A DNA stretch of 64,000 bases from Deltaproteobacteria bacterium (GCA_016180845.1 JACPAK010000001.1:673707-737706), one strand, 5' to 3'; shown: positions 9,566-19,464, numbered from the stretch's first letter. Notes: generated by a model from the sequence alone, not told the origin. Numbers and translations are program-made.

Positions 9566-10096
9566 ATGAAGCTTATTGTGGGACTTGGCAATCCGGGCGA
9601 GAAGTACGAGACGACGCGGCACAATGTTGGGGCGCAAGTCGTCCAGCTCTTTGCGGTGGAATGCCTCATCGGCTTGAAGGAAAAGAAATTTTCATCCCTG
9701 ATGGGGAAAGGGCATTTTGAGGGTCAGGAATTTCTTCTGATATTTCCTCAAACCTTTATGAATCGGTCGGGCGATGCTGTGGCAGCTGTTTTGAATTTTT
9801 ATCAGATCCGACCGGAAGAAATGCTGATGGTACACGATGACATTGATCTCGATTTGGGACGTTTAAAACTTGATTTTAATGTAGGTGCCGCCGGGCATCG
9901 AGGAGTTTCTTCGGTTATAGAGAGTATTGGGATGAAGAATTTTTCCCGGCTTCGCATCGGTGTTGGTCGACCGCAGACGAAAGAGGAGGTAGAGTTGTAT
10001 GTTCTCTCTCCTTTTTCAGATGAAGAAAAAGAAAAGGCAGATGTGATGCGAGAAGAGGGTGTGAAGGTGATCAAAAAATGGTTACAAGGAGGATAA
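9566..10096 (+). CDS. pth: Peptidyl-tRNA hydrolase
   Basis: MKLIVGLGNPGEKYETTRHNVG is the canonical Pth N-terminus. Confidence 0.9.
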   Translation: MKLIVGLGNPGEKYETTRHNVGAQVVQLFAVECLIGLKEKKFSSLMGKGHFEGQEFLLIFPQTFMNRSGDAVAAVLNFYQIRPEEMLMVHDDIDLDLGRLKLDFNVGAAGHRGVSSVIESIGMKNFSRLRIGVGRPQTKEEVELYVLSPFSDEEKEKADVMREEGVKVIKKWLQGG

Positions 10097-10414
10097 ATGA
10101 CGCACAACTACGAAACGGTCTACATCTTAAAACCTGACCTGACAGAGGATGTGATGAAAAAAATCAACAGCAAGATTTTGGAAATCCTGGCTCGTCGCGG
10201 AGGCAAGCTCCTCGATCAAAAAGATTTGGGGAAGAAAATGCTCGCCTATAAAATTTCCCATCAGAACAGAGGACATTATTTTCAATTGAATTTTGAAGGG
10301 TCGGGGCCCGTTATTGAGGATCTTGAGAAAAACCTGCGATTAACAGAGGAAGTATTGCGATTTCTTACCGTTCGGCCCGTTCAGGAAAAAGAAGAAGGAG
10401 GCGTTCAGATATGA
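10097..10414 (+). CDS. rpsF: 30S ribosomal protein S6
   Basis: [15 protein letters not shown] is the S6 signature, and the gene is followed immediately by rpsR. Confidence 0.9.
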   Translation: MTHNYETVYILKPDLTEDVMKKINSKILEILARRGGKLLDQKDLGKKMLAYKISHQNRGHYFQLNFEGSGPVIEDLEKNLRLTEEVLRFLTVRPVQEKEEGGVQI

Positions 10415-10659
10415 TCGTTACAGATACCCAGAAGCGACCCATGATGCGAAAGAAAAGCTGCCGTTTTTGTGCAGATCCAAAAATGATGATTGATTACAAG
10501 GAACCAAAACTTCTTCAGCCCTTTACGTCAGAAAGAGCCAAGATTCTTCCCCGACGCATGACCGGCAATTGTGCCTTTCACCAGCGCAGGGTAACCGAGG
10601 CCGTCAAGAGGGCACGAATCCTGGCCATGCTTCCTTTTGTAGCCAACTTTCAGGGGTAA
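10411..10659 (+). CDS. rpsR: 30S ribosomal protein S18
   Basis: [53 protein letters not shown] is the S18 signature. It overlaps rpsF by 4 nt. Confidence 0.9.
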   Translation: MIVTDTQKRPMMRKKSCRFCADPKMMIDYKEPKLLQPFTSERAKILPRRMTGNCAFHQRRVTEAVKRARILAMLPFVANFQG

Positions 10660-10674
10660 TGAGAAACTTGTTCT

Positions 10675-11649
10675 ATGGTATTTGCGATTGTCATCAGCAT
10701 GACGGCGTCGGTCCTTTTGTTTGGCAGCGGTTTTTTTAATCTTTTTACCCCACTCCCATTTTCTTCTCTTTTTGTTCGCAGGGGACTTCTCCCTGTTTTC
10801 GTTGCGATCCTTTTAGCAATGACCTTTCTCTCCCTCTTCTATTTTTTATCGAAGGGAAGCTGGTTTTTTCTGCCCGGAATGGTCTTGTATCCTTATCTGG
10901 GGCTTTCGCAGGTTGGATCCTTGGCCGTCCTCTCTTTTTTTTATTATGCCTGGATAGGGTTTGCCCTCGTTTGGGTCGGGAGAAAAAAACTTTCATGGGA
11001 AAAGGGGATTGGTCAGATTATCCTCTCAACGATTGTTGTGACGGTAGTCTCTTTTTTCGTCTTGTCCCATTTTGTTAGTCTTTTTGACAAAATGAAGGGA
11101 TCGCTTGATTTTATCCTTCAACGTTTTTTTGAGCTGAATCCCCAAATGACACCTGAGGAGAAGGCGTTTTTGACCGGTCCTTTTTTGGAAACCTTGTGGC
11201 GGCTCCTTCCTGCAATCTGGATCAATATGACACTTGTTGTTGTCGCCTCAAATCTCCTCCTGATACGACGATGGGTTTCGAATCTCCTCTTTTCCAGCTG
11301 GGGTGAATTTCCTGCCTGGCGTCTCGATGAAAAATGGATTTGGGCCCCGATTTCTCTGGGTATTTTTTATCTTGGCAGTCAATTTTTGGAGATTTTAAGC
11401 CCCTTTTCATGGATTCTCTTGAACCTTCTGCTTGTGACTGCGGCTGCTTATTTTTTTCAAGGGCTTTCTATTTTTATCTTTTTTCTTCGAAAATGGCTCA
11501 GCCCCTTGCTCAGAATGGCGGTTCTTTTTCTTATGATCGCCTTTTTTCAACCGTTGGGGTTGTTTCTGATCTTTGTCGGTCTGTTTGATTTTTGGTTTGA
11601 TTTTAGGAAGTTAAAACGTGTAGGAGGTCCCCATGCAAGTCATTCTTAA
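10675..11649 (+). CDS. Polytopic integral membrane protein (DUF2232/YybS-like, judged by its position between rpsR and rplI)
   Basis: There are multiple hydrophobic helices. Synteny with the Firmicutes-type rpsF-rpsR-yybS-rplI-dnaB locus supports the call. Confidence 0.5.
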   Translation: MVFAIVISMTASVLLFGSGFFNLFTPLPFSSLFVRRGLLPVFVAILLAMTFLSLFYFLSKGSWFFLPGMVLYPYLGLSQVGSLAVLSFFYYAWIGFALVWVGRKKLSWEKGIGQIILSTIVVTVVSFFVLSHFVSLFDKMKGSLDFILQRFFELNPQMTPEEKAFLTGPFLETLWRLLPAIWINMTLVVVASNLLLIRRWVSNLLFSSWGEFPAWRLDEKWIWAPISLGIFYLGSQFLEILSPFSWILLNLLLVTAAAYFFQGLSIFIFFLRKWLSPLLRMAVLFLMIAFFQPLGLFLIFVGLFDFWFDFRKLKRVGGPHASHS

Positions 11650-12076
11650 AGAAGATGTCCGTTCTGTCGGCCGTGCCGGAGAAATTGTTCAAGTTTCGGA
11701 AGGATACGGTCGGAACTGCCTTTTGCCTCAAAAAAAGGCTGTTTTAGCGACCGAAGGCAATTTGAAACAGCTGGAGGCCCAGAAAAAATCAATAGAGGCT
11801 AAAAGAGAAAAACAAAAAGACGAAGCTGAAGAGATTGGCAGAAAGCTACAAGCAGAGGCGTTGGTTTTTGAAAAGGAAGTTGGTGAAGAGGGGAAGTTGT
11901 TTGGTTCTGTGACAAACCGCAATATCGCCGAAGCACTTTCCGAAAAAGGTTTTTCAATTGACCATCGAAATATTCAGATCAAGTCACCGATTCATGCCTT
12001 AGGTCTTTTTGAGGCAGAGGTTCACTTGCATAGTGATGTTATGGTGCCTTTGAAGATCGAAGTTAAAAAGAAATAA
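11633..12076 (+). CDS. rplI: 50S ribosomal protein L9
   Basis: MQVILKEDVRSVGRAGEIVQVSEGYGRNCLLPQKKA is the L9 N-terminal domain. Confidence 0.9.
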   Translation: MQVILKEDVRSVGRAGEIVQVSEGYGRNCLLPQKKAVLATEGNLKQLEAQKKSIEAKREKQKDEAEEIGRKLQAEALVFEKEVGEEGKLFGSVTNRNIAEALSEKGFSIDHRNIQIKSPIHALGLFEAEVHLHSDVMVPLKIEVKKK

Positions 12077-12079
12077 TTC

Positions 12080-13432
12080 ATGGGTTCTGAAGAAGCCCCA
12101 AGGGTTGAGTCTCTCGTCTCCAAGCTTCCTCCTCAAAATCTGGAGGCGGAGCAGTCTGTCCTTGGCGGTATCATGATTGACAATGAGGCGATCCATCGGG
12201 TTGTCGAGATTGTGACGCCCGATGATTTTTATCGAGAGACCCATCGCAAGGTTTTCCGATGCATGCTCGAGCTTTCTGAAGAAGGAGAGCCGATCGATCT
12301 GATTACTGTTTGTGAAAGAATGCGCGGAGAAGGGACCTTGGAGGACGCTGGGGGCGCTGCCTTCCTTTCGATGCTTGTAGATAGCATTCCAACGGCAGCG
12401 AATATTGAAAGCTACGCCCGGATCATTCGGGAAAAATCAATCTTAAGAAAACTTGTCCAGAAGGCGACGGAGATTGTGACGAAGGGGTATTCTCTTACAG
12501 GAAACATTGAAGAATATCTGGATAATGCTGAGAAAGAAATTTTCGAGATTGCTCAGAGACGAGTCCGGCAGTCCTTTTTTCCAATAAAAGATATTGTCAA
12601 AGAGAGCTTCCGAACCATTGAACAGCTCTATGAAAAGAAAGAGCTGATTACCGGTGTTCCGACCGGATTTCTTGAGCTGGATCGACTCACCGCGGGATTG
12701 CAGCGGTCTGATCTTATTGTTGTTGCGGGTCGACCGAGTATGGGGAAGACCGCGTTTGCGATTTGCGTCGCCGCCCATGCCGCTGTTATTCGCAAGATTC
12801 CCTCTGCTATTTTCTCCCTGGAAATGTCCAAGGAGCAGCTCGTTCAGAGAATGCTCTGTATGGAAGGGCGGATCGATGGATCGAGACTTCGAGGAGGTTT
12901 TTTATCGGAGACCGATTGGCCGAAATTGACACGGGCTGCCGGGACCCTTTCCGAGGCACCACTTTTTATCGATGATTCACCGGCAATTTCTGTCCTTGAG
13001 ATGCGTGCCAAGGCGAGGAGACTTTTGAAGGAGCATGGGCTTGGTTTGATTGTGGTCGATTATTTACAGCTTATTCGAGGGGTTGGCTTCAAGGAAAGTC
13101 GCGAACGGGAAATTTCTGATATTTCACGTTCTCTCAAGGCACTCGCGAAGGAGCTTAACGTTCCGGTTATTGCGATTTCCCAGCTGAATCGGATGGTGGA
13201 AAGTCGAAAGCCGCCGATCCCGATCATGGCTGATCTTCGTGAATCAGGGGCTATTGAACAGGATGCGGACCTCATCATGTTTCTCTATCGAGAAGAGGTT
13301 TATGATCGCGAAACAGTCAATAAGGGGATCGCGGAGGTTATTATCGGCAAGCAGAGAAATGGCCCGATCGGGAGCGCAAAGCTCGCCTTTTTGACGCAGT
13401 TTACCCGGTTTGAGAATTTGGCGAAGGAATAA
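12080..13432 (+). CDS. dnaB: Replicative DNA helicase
   Basis: NLEAEQSVLGGIMIDNEA, the Walker A motif GRPSMGKTAF, and FSLEMS...LIVVDYLQL together give the DnaB family signature. Confidence 0.92.
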   Translation: MGSEEAPRVESLVSKLPPQNLEAEQSVLGGIMIDNEAIHRVVEIVTPDDFYRETHRKVFRCMLELSEEGEPIDLITVCERMRGEGTLEDAGGAAFLSMLVDSIPTAANIESYARIIREKSILRKLVQKATEIVTKGYSLTGNIEEYLDNAEKEIFEIAQRRVRQSFFPIKDIVKESFRTIEQLYEKKELITGVPTGFLELDRLTAGLQRSDLIVVAGRPSMGKTAFAICVAAHAAVIRKIPSAIFSLEMSKEQLVQRMLCMEGRIDGSRLRGGFLSETDWPKLTRAAGTLSEAPLFIDDSPAISVLEMRAKARRLLKEHGLGLIVVDYLQLIRGVGFKESREREISDISRSLKALAKELNVPVIAISQLNRMVESRKPPIPIMADLRESGAIEQDADLIMFLYREEVYDRETVNKGIAEVIIGKQRNGPIGSAKLAFLTQFTRFENLAKE

Positions 13433-13472
13433 ATCCCCCCTTGCCCCCCTTTTTCAAAGTGGGGGAATTTTG
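13432..13472. repeat. REP-like GC-rich hairpin element after dnaB, related to the element inside ispE. It may act as a terminator or stabiliser.
   Basis: TCCCCCCTTGCCCCCCTTTTTCAAAGTGGGGGAATTTT is similar to 6994..7056. The hairpin is followed by a T-run. Confidence 0.5.
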
Positions 13473-13480
13473 AGGTCAAA

Positions 13481-14080
13481 TTGAAACTGATTGTTGCCAC
13501 ATTAAATCGGGGCAAATTCCGTGAGATCTCGGAGTTTCTTCGAGGGCTTCCTTTACAACTTATCCCGTTTTGGGAATTTCAACAGCTCGAACCGGTGATT
13601 GAAGATCAACCGACCTTTCAGGGGAATGCCTTGAAAAAGGCGCGGGCTGTCTTTGGAGAAACTGGTTTGCCTACGTTGGCCGATGACAGCGGATTGGTCG
13701 TTGATGCCTTGGGAGGGAGACCGGGTGTTTTTTCAGCACGTTATGCAGGAGAGAAGGCATCAGACGCTGAAAATCTTTCCAAACTTCTTCGCGAGATGGA
13801 ATCTATTCAAGAAGGGGAGAGGTCAGCCCACTTTGTCTGTGCGATGGTCTTGAGGCTGACCGATGGTCGGGAATTTTTTGTTGAAGAAAGATGCGACGGT
13901 GAGATTGCAAGGAAACCTGGAGGGGTTGGAGGCTTCGGTTATGATCCGATCTTCTTTTTGCCGGAGTTTGGTAAGACAATGGCTGAAATCTCACCTGATC
14001 TTAAGAATCAGATCAGTCATCGTGGGAAGGCACTTCAAAAAATGAAAAAAATTCTCGTTAATCCTGAGGCGTCCAGCTAA
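13481..14080 (+). CDS. rdgB: Non-canonical purine NTP pyrophosphatase (Ham1/RdgB family)
   Basis: MKLIVATLNRGKFREI...TLADDSGLVVDALGGRPGVFSARYAG...FGYDPIF are the Ham1 family motifs. Confidence 0.88.
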   Translation: MKLIVATLNRGKFREISEFLRGLPLQLIPFWEFQQLEPVIEDQPTFQGNALKKARAVFGETGLPTLADDSGLVVDALGGRPGVFSARYAGEKASDAENLSKLLREMESIQEGERSAHFVCAMVLRLTDGREFFVEERCDGEIARKPGGVGGFGYDPIFFLPEFGKTMAEISPDLKNQISHRGKALQKMKKILVNPEASS

Positions 14081-15533
14081 CGGACGAGTTGGTCATTGTG
14101 TTCCCTGAGGGGTCTTTTACGTTTTGAATCGTGATGGTGTATTGTTGCGGCGCCGAAAGGTTCCCTCGGACATTCCAGGTTTGACTTCCACCGGATCTAG
14201 CTGCATTCCCACAAATCGTCGGCCAATCAAGCCCCCACTCAAACACGGTACCGCTGCAGCTGGGGTCTTTAGGGGTGGTACAGCCAGCCTCTCCTTCCAC
14301 ACAGCAATAGGAGAACGATCCAGAACCCTCTGGCGAAGCGGCAGGGGTGTAGGTGGCATTCGCGGTGGTACACTGATCGGAATTAATCGTTTCACTAAAG
14401 CAAATGTAAATTGGTTGGCAGATTGATTGATTGAGGTCCCCATTTGCCGGTACAGCTTTACTGACAGTTGGTGCGGTTGTGTCAGCCGCAGCAGCTGTCG
14501 TGAAACTGGTGCTGGCGGAGCCGGAGAGGTCATTTCCCGCCGTATCTTTCTGGCCTGAGAAGGTGCAGGTGTAAGTGGTACTTGCTGACAGAGAGCCGCT
14601 GATCGCGCAGGAACAACTATTCGAGCTGTAGGTGCAGGAGGATAACGTGATGGAAGGGGAGCAGGATGCATTGGATGTGGAGCATAGACCCGAGTTCATC
14701 GTTTCACTGAAATTGGCTTTGATCGAGGAGAGATTTGTTGCCACTCCGGTAGCGTTATTAGCCGGTTCGAACGATGAGACCGTGGGGCTTGTCGTATCGG
14801 CCGTCGATCCTGTTGTAAAAGTAACGCTAGGATTCCCTCCGGAAACCGAATTGCCGGCGGCATCGGTCTGACTCGAAAGGGTACAAGTATAGCTTGTATC
14901 ACTGGTAAGGGAGGAGCTTAAGGTGCAGGTACAGCTATTGTTATCACTATTATAGCTACAGGAAGCAAAGGTGAGTGTAGGACTGCATGAGATATTCGAG
15001 GGGGCACATCGAGTTCCATCCATTGCCTCACTAAAGGTGAATGTAAGAGTCGCAAGATTGGTACTCACCCCTGTGGCCCCGTTCGAGGGTTCTGAAGAAC
15101 TGACTGTGGGACTCGTCGCATCCAGGGCATTGCTGACGTTAAATGTGACAACGACTGTCCTGGGATTGTCTGAGGCGTCTGTGATATTCCAGGTCAGGGT
15201 ACAACTGGCCCCCAGAGGGAGGTCTTGCTGGAGCGCTGCAGAGAGTACTCGAGTCAAACTGTCGAAGCTCAAATTTCCGAGCGAAATCGATGTTCCTGCA
15301 CAGACAAGCGTCACGCTGCTTTCAGAGACGTTTACTTCTTCATCGACGGTAATCGAAGCGCGGTTGATGTTAGGGGCGACAGTGGCGTCATCTACAGGGT
15401 TTTGTGCCGTGATAGCGGGGGGGGATGAATCTCCGGTGAGGCCCGCAATATCTATCTGTGCTGAACAGGCAACAAGAAAAACAAGACTACTACCGAACAA
15501 AACAGAAAAAGCTCTCATTCGTCGAGGCACCAC
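14058..15533 (-). CDS. Secreted Ser/Thr-rich cell-surface protein with three tandem Ig-like (SbsA-type) domains
   Basis: It has a signal peptide (MVPRRMRAFSVLFGSSLVFLVACSAQ). A block of about 100 aa repeats three times (TSPTVSS.EP.N.ATGV.TNL...FSE.M...C...SCSP..T..SC.Y.S...C.C..S.SL...T.YTCT.S...D.AGN). It is very Ser/Thr-rich. The antisense ORFs 14117..14671 and 14971..15561 are shadows of it. Confidence 0.7.
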   Translation of the reverse strand: MVPRRMRAFSVLFGSSLVFLVACSAQIDIAGLTGDSSPPAITAQNPVDDATVAPNINRASITVDEEVNVSESSVTLVCAGTSISLGNLSFDSLTRVLSAALQQDLPLGASCTLTWNITDASDNPRTVVVTFNVSNALDATSPTVSSSEPSNGATGVSTNLATLTFTFSEAMDGTRCAPSNISCSPTLTFASCSYNSDNNSCTCTLSSSLTSDTSYTCTLSSQTDAAGNSVSGGNPSVTFTTGSTADTTSPTVSSFEPANNATGVATNLSSIKANFSETMNSGLCSTSNASCSPSITLSSCTYSSNSCSCAISGSLSASTTYTCTFSGQKDTAGNDLSGSASTSFTTAAAADTTAPTVSKAVPANGDLNQSICQPIYICFSETINSDQCTTANATYTPAASPEGSGSFSYCCVEGEAGCTTPKDPSCSGTVFEWGLDWPTICGNAARSGGSQTWNVRGNLSAPQQYTITIQNVKDPSGNTMTNSSVSWTPQD

Positions 15534-15629
15534 TCTTTCTATCCTATCAGAGGCTTTTTAATTTATAAAGCGCCCATTTTTTGTTGCTTGTGTTTGAAAT
15601 CGTTGCTAACGTTATGATATTCCAAGAAG

Positions 15630-17597
15630 ATGTCACCAACTTTAAAAGCCGGTCGACGCCTCATTTCCCTTCTCGTCTTTATCTTTGTATTGCTGGCCCC
15701 GATCTTTTCTTATGCCACAGCGACACGGTTTAGTGTCTTTCGTGCCTACCCGAGCGCCCTTCATAACGATTTTCAATTTATCTATGGCTCCCAAGGGCTT
15801 TTTCACCTGGAGTGGGAGGCAGGAACGCAATTGGATATTGCCTACCGTCCGATGGAGGGGTCGACGCGGACGATTATAGACACCGTTTTTACAGAGCATT
15901 TTTTTGCCGGGATCGGTCTCTTCGATTGGTTTTCTCTGGGGGCCGATCTCCCTATCGCCTGGTTTAATCGGTTTCAGCAACCGTCAGGGACAGGGGGATT
16001 CGAGAATGCGCTTGATATGGGAGATCTGAGGATCGATTTAAAATTCGAGATCCTTTCCCCCTATCGTTATCCGGTTGGGATCGCTGTTGTCCCTTTTATT
16101 CATTTGCCGACGGGCAATGCGCAAAACTTCGTTGGTGATGAATCGATTCTGGGTGGTGGTATCCTTGCCCTCGATGTCGAGTTCGCCCGTCGTTTCGTTC
16201 TTGGTCTTAATACGGGGGTAGAAGTTGGGGAAGATATTAATGTCAGCAATATTCAGATCAGCAAGGCGAGGCTTCTTTTGGGTCTTGGAGCAGCGGTGAA
16301 ATTTACTCCTAAGCTTGATTTTACTCTGGAGGGAATCGCCAAGGGGCCATTGGACCGGTTGTTTGAGGAGGTGGCTGAAAATCCTGTTGAACTGCTGGGC
16401 GGACTTCGTTGGAAGGCGGAAAATGGACTCAGTCTCTCGGGGGGATTCGGAGCGGGGCTTGTTTATGGGGCCGGCGCTCCGCGAATCCGGGGGCTTTTAA
16501 AGGCCAGCTATGCAGGGTCTACAGAGGCTCATAAGAGAAAACGTCAAAAGATGATGGAGCAAAAATACGGTCTTCCGGAGCAGCCGGCTGTTGAATGGGC
16601 TGTCTTTGAGTTGAAGGGGAAATGCCCTGAAAAGCCAGAGGACTTTAATCCAGAAATTCACGATCCAAGTTGTCCAAAATATTATGAGTTAAGTCAGATT
16701 GCGTCTTTGAGTCTCTCTTGCCCAAGTCAGGAAGAGGATTTTGATCCGGAGAAACATGACCCTGCCTGTCCCAAGGTGTACGAACTCCGGAAAGATCTCT
16801 CAAAAGAGGAATATGCAACTGTCTACGTTTTGGCGGCATCAGACCTTGCCAATCGATGTCCTGAAGACCCATCGCAATTCAATCCCGAGATCCATGATCA
16901 GGACTGCCCGAAGTTTTTTGAGTTACGAGAAACGGTTTCGTTGGTCTCTCGGTGCCCTGCTACCGAGGAGGATTTCAATCCAGAAATCCACGATGCTGGT
17001 TGCCCGAAGGTTTATTCGTTGAGTCAGGACTATGAGAAAAGTGATATTCAGGCGATTTATTTGTTGGCGGATGCCGATTCCGATCGTGACGGTATTCGGG
17101 ATCTAGAAGATCGTTGTCCTCAATCCATTGGCGTTGCCGCCTTCTTTGGTTGCCCTGAGGTCAAGATAGAATTTAAGGAGGGTCAGATTATCGGGACAGA
17201 GATTCCGATCACATTTGCCTTCGGAAGATCAGAACTGAGTGGGGAGATGGCGAGGGCCTTCAATGAAGTCGCCGAACTTCTCTTGAATCACCCTGAGATT
17301 CGGAAGGTTCGTATCGAGGGGCATGCCGATAGCGTCGGAACGGATGCAATGAACCGCTATATTTCGAAGAGGCGTGCCGACCTTGTGAAGGATTATCTCG
17401 TCTCTTGTGGGGTGGAATCAGAGAGAATCCATACAGTGGGGATGGGTGAAGAAAAACCGGTTGCACCGAATACCACTGCCGAAGGACGTGCGCAAAACCG
17501 CCGGGCGACACTCCTTGTCATCGAGCTTATTCAACAGATGCCGGCTAACGTACCTGTGCCAAGCGAGGTTTCGACACCTCCGTCACCGGTCCAGTAG
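15630..17597 (+). CDS. OmpA-family outer-membrane/peptidoglycan-associated protein with four internal CP-x3-EDFNPEIHD-x2-CPK repeats and one TSP3-like motif
   Basis: It has a signal peptide, a beta-rich N-terminal domain and a C-terminal OmpA-like domain (RIEGHADSVGTDAMNRYISKRRADLVKDYL). The repeats lie at 16620..17025. Confidence 0.8.
   Translation: MSPTLKAGRRLISLLVFIFVLLAPIFSYATATRFSVFRAYPSALHNDFQFIYGSQGLFHLEWEAGTQLDIAYRPMEGSTRTIIDTVFTEHFFAGIGLFDWFSLGADLPIAWFNRFQQPSGTGGFENALDMGDLRIDLKFEILSPYRYPVGIAVVPFIHLPTGNAQNFVGDESILGGGILALDVEFARRFVLGLNTGVEVGEDINVSNIQISKARLLLGLGAAVKFTPKLDFTLEGIAKGPLDRLFEEVAENPVELLGGLRWKAENGLSLSGGFGAGLVYGAGAPRIRGLLKASYAGSTEAHKRKRQKMMEQKYGLPEQPAVEWAVFELKGKCPEKPEDFNPEIHDPSCPKYYELSQIASLSLSCPSQEEDFDPEKHDPACPKVYELRKDLSKEEYATVYVLAASDLANRCPEDPSQFNPEIHDQDCPKFFELRETVSLVSRCPATEEDFNPEIHDAGCPKVYSLSQDYEKSDIQAIYLLADADSDRDGIRDLEDRCPQSIGVAAFFGCPEVKIEFKEGQIIGTEIPITFAFGRSELSGEMARAFNEVAELLLNHPEIRKVRIEGHADSVGTDAMNRYISKRRADLVKDYLVSCGVESERIHTVGMGEEKPVAPNTTAEGRAQNRRATLLVIELIQQMPANVPVPSEVSTPPSPVQ
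16620..17025 (+). repeat. Four tandem ~40-aa coding repeats (CPEKPEDFNPEIHDPSCPKYYEL and relatives) in the OmpA-family gene
   Basis: Read directly in the translation: CPEKPEDFNPEIHD..CPK, CPSQEEDFDPEKHD..CPK, CPEDPSQFNPEIHD..CPK and CPATEEDFNPEIHD..CPK. Confidence 0.8.
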
Positions 17598-19464
17598 AGC
17601 TTGTTTCTTTGATGATTCCTGTGGTAAGCCACCCCATCTGGCCCTCGAGGAGACCTCGAGCGACGCTGTAAGTCTTGGCATCCTCATTGGACCAGATCTC
17701 TTTGAAGGCTCGTTTGATACGTCGTTTCGCAATTCGGCAAAAGAGATCGGCGAGTTGCAGAGGAGTACGATCCGCGTTGTTCTGTTTGGAGAGGGTGATT
17801 GCTCGTGAACAACTTGCCGCCATGGCAAAGAGATCGGTTCCGATGTCGACAATCCTCCCAAGAACCTGCTGTCTCCTCTCCAATCTTGCCTGATGAACAG
17901 ACATGCAATGGAAGATAGTTCGGGCCAAACGGTGACTCGCGTGGTCAACGAAACGGGCGTGACGAGCGAGCGGACCAAAGCTCGCATGTTTTGGCCACAA
18001 TGACCAGTGGAGCCATTGCTGCGGATACCAGCGCGAATAAAAAGTTCCCATTTTCCCTATCGCCTTCATCTTGGCACTGAAAGGTGATTTTGGGTTAATC
18101 AGGGCGCCAGCAACTCGCATATGAGGATCGAGCGCCTCTCGAGCAATAAAGAGCCTCAAAATTTCGCTGGATCCCTCAATCAGCGTGTTGATCCTAAAAT
18201 CCCTCATCATCCTCTCAATCGGGACCCCTTCTTCCCCTCTTTGTCTTAGTGACTCCGCCGTTTCATAGCCCCTCCCGCCACGGATCTGGAGTGTTTCGTC
18301 AATAATCTTCCATCCCTTCTCCGAACAGAAGAGCTTGCACATCGCCGCCTCAAGACGGATGTCCCTGCCACCGAGGTCGACATAGGTAGAGGTAAGCCAG
18401 GTGATCGCTTCCATTGCAAAGAGAGTTGCTGACATTTCACCAATCTTCGAGGCGATCGCCTCATGTTTTCCGATCGGGGCTCCCCATTGGACACGCTCAT
18501 TTGACCATTTTTTCGAAATTTCGAGGGCCAGCTTTGCTGCCCCCACACAGGCGGCTGGCAAGGTTAGTCGTCCTGTGTTTAACGTGATCAGTGCCAGTTT
18601 CAGACCAAGGCCTTCACCCCAAAGGATATTTTCTCGAGGGACCTTGACGTTTTTGAAACGGATCAAGCCATTCTGGATCGCCCTGAGTCCCATGAATTGA
18701 CAACGGTGAACAACCTCAATCCCTGGAGAATTCGCCTCGACAATAAAGGCTGTGATCTGCTTCTTTTCTTTTCCATTAACGAATTTTGATGGGGTTTTCG
18801 CCATGACGATAATAAGGCTGGCGACAGGTCCATTGGTGCACCAGAGTTTTTCACCATTAAGAGTAAAATATTTTCCATCCTCCGTCGGGGTTGCTGTCGT
18901 TGCCATTTGAGCAGGGTCTGAGCCGACCCCTGGTTCTGTCAGGGCAAATGCAGAGATTTCTTTCACAAGCCTTGGAAGAAATTTCTTTTTTTGTTCAGGC
19001 GTTCCGAAGAGTTTTAAGGGTTGTGGGACACCGATTGATTGATGGGCAGAGAGCCAGACGGCGACAGATCCACAATAACTGGTGACGAGTTGAACAACAC
19101 GATTGTAGTTGACCTGTGACAGACCAAGGCCACCGTATTCTTTTGGGATCTTCATCCCAAAACAGCCGAGCTCGATGAGGCCTTTGATAACAGCCTGCGG
19201 GATCTCGCCTGTTCTGTCGTGAAGTTCAGGATCGACATTTTTCTTTAAAAACTCTTCAACCTTTTTGAGGTATTCATCCCCAATTTTTTTGTCCTCGGCG
19301 GTTTGTTGCGGGTAGGGGGCAATCAGGTCGGTTCGGAGACGACCCATAAAAAGCTCACCCACAAAACTCGGATGAACCCACTTTTCCTCACGGGCCGCTT
19401 CAGCGATCTCCATGACTTCCTTGGCAGCTTCCTTTTCCTTTTGGGTAATTGTATCTTGGGCCAT
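17545..19464 (-). CDS. Acyl-CoA dehydrogenase, long-chain type (about 639 aa) with a C-terminal extension
   Basis: The ACAD core motifs are present (SEKGWKIIDETLQIRGGRGYETA, TLIEGSSEILRLFIAREALD). The likely start is ATG at 19464 (MAQDTITQKEK), preceded by an AGGAGG Shine-Dalgarno sequence. The listed ORF extends to 19533. It converges on the OmpA-family gene with a 53-nt overlap. Confidence 0.85.
   Translation of the reverse strand: MAQDTITQKEKEAAKEVMEIAEAAREEKWVHPSFVGELFMGRLRTDLIAPYPQQTAEDKKIGDEYLKKVEEFLKKNVDPELHDRTGEIPQAVIKGLIELGCFGMKIPKEYGGLGLSQVNYNRVVQLVTSYCGSVAVWLSAHQSIGVPQPLKLFGTPEQKKKFLPRLVKEISAFALTEPGVGSDPAQMATTATPTEDGKYFTLNGEKLWCTNGPVASLIIVMAKTPSKFVNGKEKKQITAFIVEANSPGIEVVHRCQFMGLRAIQNGLIRFKNVKVPRENILWGEGLGLKLALITLNTGRLTLPAACVGAAKLALEISKKWSNERVQWGAPIGKHEAIASKIGEMSATLFAMEAITWLTSTYVDLGGRDIRLEAAMCKLFCSEKGWKIIDETLQIRGGRGYETAESLRQRGEEGVPIERMMRDFRINTLIEGSSEILRLFIAREALDPHMRVAGALINPKSPFSAKMKAIGKMGTFYSRWYPQQWLHWSLWPKHASFGPLARHARFVDHASHRLARTIFHCMSVHQARLERRQQVLGRIVDIGTDLFAMAASCSRAITLSKQNNADRTPLQLADLFCRIAKRRIKRAFKEIWSNEDAKTYSVARGLLEGQMGWLTTGIIKETSSTGPVTEVSKPRLAQVR

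Noticed and set aside
9130-9669. A 179-aa antisense ORF over the end of rplY and the start of pth
   Set aside because: It is antisense to two highly conserved genes. It is Ala/Ser-rich because it mirrors the rplY tail.
14117-15561. Long antisense ORFs (184 aa and 196 aa) opposite the Ser/Thr-rich protein gene
   Set aside because: They are shadows of a compositionally biased gene. They have no Shine-Dalgarno sequences and implausible sequences.
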